From Perkinsus chesapeaki ATCC PRA-425 (Eukaryota > Protista > Perkinsozoa): a stretch of 34,901 bases of DNA. The first letter of the stretch is position 1. Each line of letters starts with the position of its first letter. The notes under the pieces are model-generated. The model had not been told where the DNA came from and did not search any database. It saw nothing but the letters and a program-made list of their open reading frames with translations. The stretch lies in the NCBI GenBank assembly GCA_013115145.1, contig JAAPAO010000374.1, positions 1 through 34,901 of the forward strand, given 5' to 3'. Below are positions 9,797-21,140 of this stretch, piece by piece. The position numbers were made by a program, and so were the translations under genes.

Positions 9797-10630
9797 CCAC
9801 ATACTTATTACTCCTACTCCTTGTCCTACCTTCTTCGCCTGGGGCTCCTCCACTTCAGCCTCCTCCTCCTCCTCGGAGGGTGTTTCTGATTGCATACCAA
9901 CAGACGACGATGCAGGCGATGAGGCATCCAACAGTTCCACTACTTCTACTGGGGATGATGAAGAGGAGGAGGAATGAGATGTTGTCACAATCGGTCGAGC
10001 CAATGACCTTCTCCTTTCCGCCAGCGATTGTCTCATTGCCTCTCGTATCTGTTCCGCGTCAAAACCTTCAGAGTCATCAGACCCACTAGTCTCGGCCATC
10101 GTGGGCTGTTCACAGCTATTTCCTCCACTAGATGCATTCCCTACTATCCCCATCCCTCCTCCTCCATAAGCTGGACCACTTCCTCCACTAGATGCATTCC
10201 CTACTATCCCCATCCCTCCTCCTCCTCCATAAGCTGGACCACTTCCTCCACTAGATGCATTCCCTACTATCCCCATCCCTCCATAAGCTGGACCACTTCC
10301 TCCACTAGATGCATTCCCTACTATTCCCATCCCTCCATAAGCTGGACCACTTCCTCCACTAGATGCATTCCCTATTATCCCCATCCCTCCTCTTCCATAA
10401 GCTGGACCACTTCCTCCACTAGATGCACTGCCCACTGTGGACTCTGACCCAGTAGGCATGGTTTCTCCTTCAGTCCCCTTCCTCTCCCATCGCACAAGCA
10501 GATCAATAAGTTCCTGCTTTCGAAGATAACTGTAATTAGCAAGCCCTCCCGCCTTGGCACGGGCCTTCAACTCCGGCACTTTCATCCGAGTCAACTCCCC
10601 TCTAAGGAGCAGCTCCGGTGAGATGTCCAT
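9782..10630 (-). CDS. Rho_N/HeH-like nucleic-acid-binding domain protein with Gly/Ser-rich tandem repeats and acidic tail
   Basis: ELTRMKVPELKARAKAGGLANYSYLRKQELIDLL matches the Rho N-terminal/helix-extended-helix pattern (L..mkv.EL+..AK..GL..YS.LRK.ELI). ATG at 10630. The 3' end may be spliced (possible GT donor near 9818). Confidence 0.65.
   Translation of the reverse strand: MDISPELLLRGELTRMKVPELKARAKAGGLANYSYLRKQELIDLLVRWERKGTEGETMPTGSESTVGSASSGGSGPAYGRGGMGIIGNASSGGSGPAYGGMGIVGNASSGGSGPAYGGMGIVGNASSGGSGPAYGGGGGMGIVGNASSGGSGPAYGGGGMGIVGNASSGGNSCEQPTMAETSGSDDSEGFDAEQIREAMRQSLAERRRSLARPIVTTSHSSSSSSSPVEVVELLDASSPASSSVGMQSETPSEEEEEAEVEEPQAKKVGQGVGVISMWTGQR
10120..10427. repeat. Coding minisatellite, 5 full units (60, 63, 54, 54, 60 bp) plus a partial unit
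   Basis: Units start at 10120, 10180, 10243, 10297, 10351 and 10411 and differ in (TCC)n length. They encode GMGIVGNASSGGSGPAYG(G)n on the minus strand. Confidence 0.92.
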
Positions 10631-11041
10631 ATCAGCGATCAACGAAGAGGGATTACAGCAGGGACTTCAAAGGGGGAAAATAAAAGCCAACAACTGCCAA
10701 CCAGCATCTCCCCCTTCGATGAATGATGCACTCAACCTCATTGATAGAAACATGAAAGAAATACCATACAAAGTTACCTGCCCGCCGCCGCCGCAGCAGA
10801 GCAGCCATAAGACCTGTTTGTGCACGAGTGGACAGCGGCAGTACTATTATTCAACAAAAACTACGATAACAATAGTACCATAAAAAATACAGTTCGATGC
10901 CACCAACCGCCAATGGAGAAACCAACGCCCGAAAACTGCTCGACATAAGTGAGATGTGGGGTTGGCAGATGATAAGATAGCATCAGCAACCTCCAGAATA
11001 GTTTAATCGTACAGAGATCAAGATACTAATAAGAGGAATTC

Positions 11042-13490
11042 CTATAACAAAAAGGGAGTAGTAACTGTAGAGAAGGCAGGGGCGACTGGATGAAGTGTTG
11101 GAGTTGATCCACCACTCTCAAAGCCAAGTTTAGCAACCGCTACAGTAACACCTTGAAGGGACCTTTTGCGACCTAAAAACAGGCTGACCAATCCTTCATT
11201 GTTATGCTGATTACCTTTATCAACAAATTGTGTGGTAACTGATCCAAGCTCACCGCTATCAGAATTGTGTCCGCCTCCTACTACTAAAATCGGGGGAGGC
11301 TGGACAGGAAGGGAGGAATGCAGTGAGGATGGTGAGGACCACAGAGATGATGAAGATGATGATGGACTTGAAGGCTTTAGGGATACTAAAAACATAAGCT
11401 GAATCATTACAATACAGAGTATGGCTATGCAGCAGGTAGTAATACACAAACGGTTAAGAAAGGCGACGAAACACTCGATACATCGACAAAGAGCTCATAC
11501 CACCACCCCCCTCCCCCCCCCTGCCATCCCTACTGCCATTCCTCTCAGCTGTACTCAGTAGTTCATCTTGTACATGCATCCTATCGGTTGGATTACCCAT
11601 CTTTAATGTAACCTTTATACCAGGATTCCTAGCTGCCATCTTCTGTACCATGTCCTGTACGGACTTCAGTAAAACCGTACCTAACAGACGCGCAGTTGGG
11701 GGGGGGATGAGACTAATTCTTGAGCCCGCCAAGCTATATGGAGCAAAGTGTATTCCGGTTACCAAAAGAGTTCAATTTCATATGATACAACCAATCTGAT
11801 GCTGGCAATACTAAATGACCGCACCTCCGGTGTGTTATGTCCAAGACGGCATATGTGAGGGCCTTCTTCGTTGGTCCCTTTCTACCCCTCTATTTGTAAC
11901 ACCGTTACTATCCTTCCCAACATCATTTGGCCCATCATCACCAATCCGTAACATTCGGATAAAGACAACGGGAAATCCGAGCCTGGACTCGACTACAAAC
12001 TAGTATAGTGCAAGCTATCAGTATACCCCCCGAAAGTGAGTCCATCGTTACTTTTATATCCAATCGATAATATATCATCCTGTTGACCAAACTGCCAAGG
12101 CTGCACTGGTATCTAATAATACCACTCATCCCTTCTATCATCCTTACTATTTATTACATAAATAATAGAGATATTAGCCCCCCGGCCATCACCAGCAGCA
12201 GTTGCCAAAGCAAAGGCCATCGACAATGCCCTTAGTGCCCCCTCGAGGTCCCTAGCACCGACCCCCACTACAAACTGAACACAATCACAACCCCGCTGCA
12301 AAACGCTGCCGCCTCCCCCCTTTATTACATCACGGACCACTGATGACTGCAGCGCAAGCTCAGAGCGTGCTATTATAACGTTACCAGCGCATCTAGAAAC
12401 CTACAAGAGAATCCCTTGCCGGGATAGGGTAATAGAACAGCTACCATTTCCCGATGCCTGGTATCAGTCTTGCCAGAGTCCCCAATGACCAGAAATCGGC
12501 AGTGCCTCGACAACTCCGCCGCAATTGGTACTATAGAAGGACAAGGCGGACGAATAGTCATCTCAAACTCGACACCAGGATTCACCGCCTCGGCCTGAGA
12601 TGCAGTTACCTAGCTACAGCGTTGCCGCTATCTACCCTCTTCATAGAGCGCATGGAGAAGTCCGCGGCTTGCTGGGGAGTCCCCTTGTTAAAATGCACTC
12701 CCAATACTCTTCGCCCCTGTGGCGTTAATCGTAGGCCCCAGTCGATAACACAGTCCAGGTTCTCCGAGCTGAGCAAGAGTATCTGACAATCACACTGCAA
12801 CACGCTAAATAATGGTTGCCTTTTTCCCTTCCAATCCCCAAAACAGCTGCCAATTTACAATGAAAATGGCACAAATCTATCCCATGTTCTTACTACCTAC
12901 ATTATGCGACATTTACAAAACCGTGCTAGTGGGCGGGGGTAAAAATGAGGCGGTATTGTAAGTATTGTGAGTTGATCCCTCCTCCTTTTCTCTTCAATTC
13001 TCCGTACTACATTACCCCTAATAACTCGGCGTAAGAGCTATACTTTACCCAACTTTCGTGCTTGTGTAATTCCTGTCAAGGTCCCACTCTAGCATAGCCT
13101 TTCTAGTGCCGCCCAACAATGCGAAGACAGTGTAAATACCCCCACCAGCACTCACACTATAATAGTCAGAACAGTTTGGCGGATTGGGATCACCCAGCAC
13201 TGCTCTGACCCCGAGAAGTGGATACCCTTCGGGAGGGTTCGATAGGAAGCCTGACAATTGCCCACCACTGTCCAAATTATCATCTATCTTTTCCTTACTC
13301 CCGCCTCCAGTGTACACTTCAGGGACTGTTACTACCACATTAGGCCGCCTTCTACTTGTAGTCAGCTTCTTTCCAGCTATCACAGGGATTGCAGGCGGCA
13401 ATAATGACGCAGGGGGCGGAGGCTCAGCTTCGGTAGTTACGTCATCCCCGCTCGGCTCCTCTTCCCCAGTGGACTTCGGAGCTGTATCTT
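11042..13490 (-). CDS. Multi-exon tandem universal stress protein (USP)-domain protein, paralog A
   Basis: USP-like N-halves (DCVIDWGLRLTPQGRRVLGVHF; VVGVGARDLEGALRALSMAFALA...ISIIYV) and C-halves (PIAAELSRHCRFLVIGDSG; KMGNP...DELLSTAE...PILVVGGG...ELGSVTTQFV...VAVAK). The 5' end is uncertain. Confidence 0.6.
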
Positions 13491-13823
13491 AATTACAATA
13501 AATCACAACATAATTATCAACAAGCGTATCAGCGCGTAAAATGAAGATATTTCCTCCTCTGCGGCGATAGCAACAGATAAGCCCCTTGAAATCGACCAAT
13601 ATATTAGCTTTAAATCAAGCTGAGACGATCAGCTTGTACGGAAGAGCAATCGCCATACCGAGTCGGTATTACCGACATACTGTTTAGTCTAGCAGAAACC
13701 CATACCACATCTACTCCTTGTGAGAACGCCTTCCGACGGGCCTTGTCTCAATTCAGAAATTCTCTTCAACCGCTATCCATGCGTTCTTATGTTGCACCAT
13801 AAAGTATATCACCTTGTTCATCA

Positions 13824-16800
13824 TCAACTTCTCCTTCTTTCTCTTCTCCCAGATACGATATGACTGGATGCTGATGTGGTGATACCAAGCTAAGGGCCTC
13901 CTTAGCAACTGCTACACTCACACAGTGGAGATACTTATCTCGGCCTAACCTTAGCCATACCGCACCTTATCATTCCTCTATTACCTTTATCAACCATATG
14001 GCTCGCCACAGAGCCCAGCTCTCCACTATCAATATTATGACCACCGCCAAGTACAAGTAAAGGTGGAGAGCGATACATGCATCCCCCCACAGTACCGCTG
14101 TCAGAGTCCGCTATGCTAGGCATACGCAGGGGAACTAACAAGCAAAGGGAGTTGTTAAGGAAAGAAGAAGCCCAGAAGATCTTCGAGGAGGCTGTCGAGG
14201 TAGAAGTCCCCAGCTTCAGGGTGTCCGAAATTATCCACTCTGTAAGCAATACACCATTTGACCATTAATAATTTATTCAACACTAGAATGCCCCGAGCAA
14301 CGAAACCCGGGCGTCTATCCTTCCCACGATCCAACGAAACCATACAGTTTTACATTTACACTCGAAACCACCATCCCCCTCCTCCCCCCTGCCATCCCTA
14401 CTGCCATTCCTCTCTGCTGTACTCAGTAGTTCATCTTGTACATGCATTCTATCTGTTGGATTACCCATCTTCAAAGTAACCTTTATACCAGGATGCTGCG
14501 ACTGCAACCTCGCCAGATCATCCTGCACCGAACTCAACATCTGTGCACCTAATCAGACACACTTCCCCTGTGATCATATAGTTTATAGTATTCAATTAAA
14601 CAGTTACTATATATTACATATATGACGTTAGTATTATTAGTTACTATATATTACAGTCGACATATACTATTAATGACCATTTATATGCTACTAAATAATT
14701 GGTACTAATATTATACTGTAACAAAGTAAACGATACCGCATTGATATATACATAGTGAATAGTATTATTTATACTGTTAGCTATGTATGTCTCACAGCCC
14801 TCTAGGCCCTCTCAACTGCAACTTACTTTTATATCCAATCGACAATATATCCTCCTCCTGCCCGAACTGCCACGGCTGCACTGGTATCTGCCACACACGC
14901 CTATGTCCCTCCTATTCATACCGCTCCTTCCACTACATATATAATAGACACCCTAGCTCCTCTAGCTTCACCAGTAGTACTCGATGCCAAGGAAAATGCC
15001 ATAGATAGCGCCCGTCTAGCACCCTCCTGATCTCGGGCACCAACTCCAACGATGAACTAAATTCCGACTAAGCCAACACAACGGTGATAAGCCTTTACAT
15101 CTCGTATTGATGGTGCCTCCAGTGGCAACTCTGACCTCGCTATCACCACATTACCGGAACACTTCTCCACCTATCCATGCCAGCAGTCCTCCTCAGTGTA
15201 CTAGTACTACTACCATTTTCTTATAACGTGTATCTGTCCTCCCAGAGTCCCCCATAACCAATAGAGAGCAATGTCGAGACAATTCCACAGCTATCGGTAC
15301 TATAGATGGACAAGGTGGACGTATACTCATTTCAAAGGCGGCATGTGGGTTCACGTCACGTGCCTGCAGGCCACAAATGAGCAATGATGGAAAGGCCCAT
15401 CGCGAACTATTCTGCCTACTGGGGAAGGCCAACTTACCTTCTACTCGTTGGTAAACGCTACAGGACTGTTACAATCTATCCACTACGTACCCACGTTCGC
15501 GCTTAGGTAGCGTGCTACCATTTTACTACACACAAACAGCGGTATAAAATAATGAAGACATATAGAGCAAGTCAGGAAGTGTACTTCAGTGCATTCAAGA
15601 GGTGTCCAGGTTCACGCCGCACATCATCTAAAGTACTCTCCCACCCCCTTCCTTAATCATTACCCTTCTTCGAGCTGCCATGTATATCTCAGCGGCCTGT
15701 GCTTCAGTTCCCCTATTAAAATGTATAGCCAAAACATTTCTTCCTCTACCAACCAATCGCATACCCCAATCAACAACAATCTTCCAGTTCTCCGAGCTCA
15801 ACAACAGTATCTATCAAGCCATGCCTCAAGCACCCATCCGCCCAAACAACCTTACTGCGTGATAATCGGACAGATTAGGAGGGTTCGGATCCCTGAGAAT
15901 TGACCGCACTCCCAACAACGGCAACTGCTGCTGCTGTTTCCTCTTCGACTCTGCTGTGATGTTACCTACGACCACCTCCACACTACTCCTCCTCATCACC
16001 TAAAGTGTAGTACGTTCAGCAACTATGGCAGCCACACTCATTTTAGTGACCGCGCTGCCGCCAGTACTGGCCTCGAAGAATCCAGCTGGATGAGGAACCT
16101 TCCTTAGCATCTCCAATAGCCTTTCCACAGTGTTGGCCAGCAAGCTGCCGCCAGCTCTAGTAGATTTGTTATCGCCATTTAGACGTATAAGGCCGAATGG
16201 AAGAGAGATAACCTGAAAACACTAATACTTAGTAATAAAGTAGTAGCACTTGGTACTGGACAAGGCAACAACTGCTGTTGCACATTTCTATTATATACGA
16301 CTTGGATTTACCGCTCACTGAGCTAGTTATTCAATACACATAATAGGCCACTCCAGGGAAGCCGTTTATCATGGGATGAGAGGAGGAGCAGGCATCCGAC
16401 CACCACCGCCAGCACATTACCTGCTCATCATCAGCCAGCAGCTCGCTAAGTGCCGTCTTGGTAGGACAGATAGACTGACAATAGGAAGATGTGAGGCATA
16501 CCGCCGCCACCGCCGCCAACCTCACCTTACCAAGCTCTCAAGTGGCAGCGGCTTCAGCGACTCCGGTAACCACTCCCGCTTGCTATTAACCTTCATACAT
16601 TCACACTTGGTGCGTACTGAGGTCACCACCCTGCCATGAAAGGCCACCTTCTCGTATACAGGGTCTCCAGCAGCATTGGTCTCAACAGACGCAAGGCCAC
16701 AAAGATGCAACACTCCCAAACTAAAAGTAGGGGCCTTCTCTACTACACCTGATCAACAGCAGCAGCAGCAGCCATCATCACTAACAAGACTCCTCACCGA

Positions 16801-17739
16801 AGGCTTACATCGACGCTTAGATCTCAACATAAACTGCACTGCAGTGTCCAAAGCTCCCTGGCTACCTCTACCATTGCCACATACCAATATAATCAAGACT
16901 CTCGATGGGAACTTCATATCAAACCTCCGCCTCGTCGGGAGATGAGACAAATCATCCTTTACACAGAACGATGGCCTGTCCTCCCGCATGCCTGAGAATT
17001 GGAATATAACAACACTGCCTTTTGAGAGCCACCCGCCAGCAGCAACAGCAGCAGTCTTATATCTACCCTCTACAAGGCCAGAACGCTTTCTAGTACTAAC
17101 ATAGGGACTTCGTATCATTCCTAATATACCATACTATAATACTGACACTATTCACAGCGTAGCGATTCAGCTGAGTTATTCCTACACATGTCTTTGGTAA
17201 ATTCTAAACCGACCATCTCTCTACCATCTAAACATGCCTCCCACCAAAGCCATTCATAGAATCACATCAATACCCTTGGAATCTCAACATCACTCTCCAC
17301 CACACTGTCCTCAGTATTACACTCGACTATATGACTGTGGCAATCAGAAATCAACAAATAACGAGTAATACAGTCCCGGTTAGTCAAGTTCTCATTAAAA
17401 GGTAATACAGTCCCGCTTAGTCAAGTCCTCTTTAAAAGGTAATAAAGTCCCGCTTAGTCAAGTTCTCATTAAAAGGTAATAAAGTCCCGCTTAGTCAAGT
17501 TCTCATTAAAAGGTAATAAAGTCCCGCTTAGTCAAGTCCTCTTTAAAAGGTAATAAAGTCCCGCTTAGTCAAGTTCTCACTAAAAGGTAATAAAGTCCTC
17601 TATTAACCATTGTTAACTTACCACATCCAACACATACATGTCTCTTAGAACTATCCTTATCTATCCACTGGCCAACCTGAGGGCTACCAGTAGTTGTAGA
17701 GGATGTACTTAAGCTACTCGGTCTTAATGGCTTATACAT
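13824..17739 (-). CDS. Multi-exon multi-USP-domain protein, paralog B (longer, with an extra N-terminal USP-like unit)
   Basis: Exons are collinear with paralog A (e.g. IPVQPWQFGQEEDILSIGYK, SIRPPCPSIVPIAVELSRHC, LRDPNPPNLSDY). Extra segments RVLIILVCGNGRGSQGALDTAVQF and GGSLLANTVERLL are USP-like. Stop TGA at 13824. The start near 17739 is tentative. Confidence 0.55.
17365..17598. repeat. 37-bp head-to-tail minisatellite, 6 copies plus a partial copy
   Basis: Unit GTAATAMAGTCCCGCTTAGTCAAGT(TCTCA/CCTCT)TTAAAAG starts at 17365, 17402, 17439, 17476, 17513, 17550 and 17587. There are no spacers. Confidence 0.95.
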
Positions 17740-17984
17740 AACAGCAGCCAACTAAATAGGAGCAGCAGCCACCGTCATCCTCCCAAATAGTATTATTAAC
17801 CACACTTACTGCAGCACAACTCAACTACTATTCAAAACTATTAAGTGTCTAGTCCGCGAAACTAATAGTAGCACCACACCGACAATCGACGACGAATCGA
17901 CGACGACGAGAACAATAAAACCACATCCTTCCTCAGCTACTTATAACGGATAACAGTAACCTCAAAAATACTCTTCGACACTTC

Positions 17985-19501
17985 TTACAACTCCTCACCC
18001 TTCTCAACCTCGGCCTCCTTCTCATCAGTCTTGCCCGCGGCAATACGCTCCTTCAAGCCATCAGCATTAGAGTGATGCTTCTTGATCCACTTCCAGATAC
18101 CCTTGGCATCACGAGGACCGTCGTACTTCACGGGCTCGGTCTCGCCAGCCTTGATATAGTAAAGAGTCGGGAAACCGTCCCATGAGATGCTCTCAACAGG
18201 AGAATCGTTAGCTGTGCCATCCATTTTGGCGAGCATAACCATGTCCTCAACACCCTCCTTGGCGATCTTCTTGGCCACCTTCTCGTACTCAGGAGCGAGC
18301 TTCTTGCAGTGACCGCACCAAGGGGCGTAGATCTCGAAAAGAACATCCTTATCACTCTGGAAGACATCACCTTCAAGAGTTGAGCCAACAACAACATGAA
18401 CAGGCTCATCCTGAGAGCTCGGGAATGGCTCAGACTTGAGAGTCGGCTCAATAGTACCATCGAGGACACCCTGGAGGAACTCCTCGATCTTCGGGGCTGT
18501 CATCTCACCAGTGTAAAGATACTTCATCTTATCACCAGCCTTCTTGTTGACAGCAAGAGTGGGCAACTCGGTCACGCCAAGCATACCCTCGATAGCGCTC
18601 TTGAACTGAACGGTATCAATATAGGTGAAAGCAAACTTGTCAGAGAACTTCTTTGCAACCTCGTTAATGGTGGGACGGAACTCATTGGCAACCTTCTCAA
18701 GGTCATCACTGGACTCCTGCTCGAAGCAGCCCCAGACGAGTCCCTTGCCAGAAGACATGTACTTGCCATAAGACTCGCCATCAAGAGGACCGAAGACGGG
18801 AAGATCATGATCATCAAGGCACTTCTTGAGACCATCGAAAGTGAGATCCTCGCAAACAACAGGCTCCTCACCCTTATGCTGAATTGTAACACTGGCCTTC
18901 TCAGCATCCTTGTTGGGAACGTGGACGAAGGTGAAATCGCTTCTCTTTCGGGAGGCAACCTCTTCAAAATCTGTAGAGGCTTCCTTGCCCTCATAGATGC
19001 ACAAAGGCTTGCTGCCGGCCTCCTCCTCGGCGAGCTTGCGGGACGAAGCCTCCTTGACAGCGGGGCCAGTCATATCGGTGACCCACTCGGTGATCTCGCT
19101 AGCAGTTCGTCCACCACCATACTCAGACTTGTCACCATCGACGAACCAGTAGAGAGTAGGGTAACCACGGATGCCGTACTTCTCGGCCATCTGCTTGTGC
19201 TCGGTGGCATCGATCTCACCAAGAGCAACCTTCTCCTCGCCGATCTTCTCGGCCAAATCAGCAGCGGCCTGCTCGAACTCGGGGGCAAGCTTCTTGCAGT
19301 GACCGCACCAGGGAGCGTAGAACTTCACGAGCGCATACCTGCAGGTACAACAATGAGCAAACGAGCTTCTTTTAATGCTTACTTATGCTCCTTAACAAAG
19401 TCCTCCATGTTATCATCAGTCAACTGATGGACCTTCGAGTCCGATTCAGCAGCGAATGCTACGGCAGCGAGTGCTGCGAAAAATTGAATGAATTTTCCCA
19501 T
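17985..19501 (-). CDS. PDI: Protein disulfide-isomerase (a-b-b'-a'), ER-resident
   Basis: Exon 1 (19383-19501) encodes signal peptide MGKFIQFFAALAAVAFA. A 44-bp GT-AG intron lies at 19339-19382. There are two WCGHC active sites and a C-terminal GEEL retention-like signal. Confidence 0.95.
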
Positions 19502-19760
19502 GATAAAAGACAATAAAAAGTTGTCCTAAAAACAGCAACTTTATACAGCTGAGATCCACCTTGTACACTGCTAGAACGCCAACCATCACACCACGCTGTA
19601 GCGCTAGGGACAGGACGACACAATCCAGTACAGATTCTCCATTTGTGCAACGAATTTACCTTTTCTTACGGCACGCGTACGGCATCCTTGTGTGCACGCG
19701 TACCGATAGACTCGCCCGCCCAAAAATCTTCACCGTGGAGATTATTGTGGTTGACGCAGA

Positions 19761-20898
19761 ATGGCCGCCGCCTCCGCTCCCCGGGAGCATCGCTCTGCTG
19801 ATGGTGTCCTACGCAAATTTAACACCAGTTCTAAGCAATGGGAAGTCGTACAAGAGGATCAACAACACAATAATGAAGACAACTGTAATACAGTGGCACA
19901 ACTGCATTCCTCATACCGACTTTTCCTCGGATCGCCAATGCAGGAGTTACTCTTCAGGCACGTCCTCACGGGACGAAGGAGCACCTTTGCTGGCTCTCCC
20001 TGGAAAACAATACCCTTTCCAGTACGATGGCAAAGACTTCCAAATAAATGGCAAATTCATTCGATTGCCAAATGGTGAGGAATCACGCCGACACCCAGAG
20101 GACCAGCAAGATGCCGATACGGCCGATTCGGTCTGGGACAGCTCAGTGGTGCGCTCCGAGGCTTCGGTGACGTGAAGAGTTTTGTCTATTCCCAGGTACT
20201 CGCTAAGCTTATAGAGCACAATCCTACACTAGTAAAAGGGAAACGAGTGCTTGAGCTTGGCAGTGGTGGGCCAAGATACTCTCTAGAATGGTTTTAGTCA
20301 TCCCTTCAAGGTACCGGACTTGGTGGCATATCAGCCGCCCTGTGTGGTGGTAAACAAGTTACACTCACTGACTTGCCTTATGCAATGCCTTTGCTCAATA
20401 GGAGCATCACACTTAATGGCGTTGGTGATGTAGTCCGAGCAGAGGTGCTCGACTGGGCCAATCCTCCGAACACCGCACTGCATCCACGGTAAGGCAGTGG
20501 CCCCAGCATAACTAGTAAAAATTCACCACACGGTATGGTTTTTGTGGGAACTGTATCATTCACACATTCGGGCCCCGAGGTGGGGAAGTCCGCTTCAACG
20601 TTTCCCATCGGACCTTCCCGATCACCCCTACAGGTTCGATCTAATCATCGCCTCGGACGTCATATGGTTAGAAAGCCTCGTCCCCTTGCTGGCTAACATC
20701 ATAGCTGAGAAGGAGCTCGTACCGCTGCTCATGGTGCATCAGACAAGGAGCACTCGATGCGATCAGCTCTTCAAAGATTTGCTCAAAGCACGGGGCTTTA
20801 GGATCGACAAGTTGGAGGAGCGGCTGAAGCATCCTTACTTCCTCGGTGACTTATTTCATATTCGAGCGTTTCTTATAGACACCGAGTGTAAAGAATAA
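19761..20898 (+). CDS. METTL21-like (Methyltransf_16 family) SAM-dependent protein lysine methyltransferase, multi-exon
   Basis: Spliced product gives SVWDSSVVLAKLI...GKRVLELGSGTGLGGISAA...VTLTDLP...VLDWAN...FDLIIASDVIW, which are the diagnostic motifs of this family. The 5' exon junction is not resolved. Confidence 0.85.
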
Positions 20899-21140
20899 TA
20901 ATTCGATAATCCTTAGCGGCGTTGAGTTATCCAGTCATTCGGTCGGCGTGTCGGTATGGCCGATACTAATCTCCAAGATAGATCTCTTCGCAAGGCAATG
21001 TTCGGTATCGATGTTTGACTACATCCGACAGTCACGACTGTAAAGAGCTCAACTTGTTACGATAATAATATGCATCTTTGATAAACCCGAAGCGGCCGAT
21101 AGATAAGAAACAGTATTAGGGTACAAGCAGCAAATATATC

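Noticed and set aside
10120-10427. Repeat array that could be mistaken for CRISPR
   Set aside because: The whole unit is repeated with only (TCC)n variation, there are no unique spacers, it is in-frame coding, the context is eukaryotic and there are no cas genes.
17365-17598. 37-bp repeats of CRISPR-like length
   Set aside because: Head-to-tail with no spacers, so this is a minisatellite.
18396-19427. 343-aa plus-strand ORF and other long ORFs overlapping PDI
   Set aside because: Antisense or alternate-frame shadows of the strongly codon-biased PDI CDS, with no recognisable motifs.
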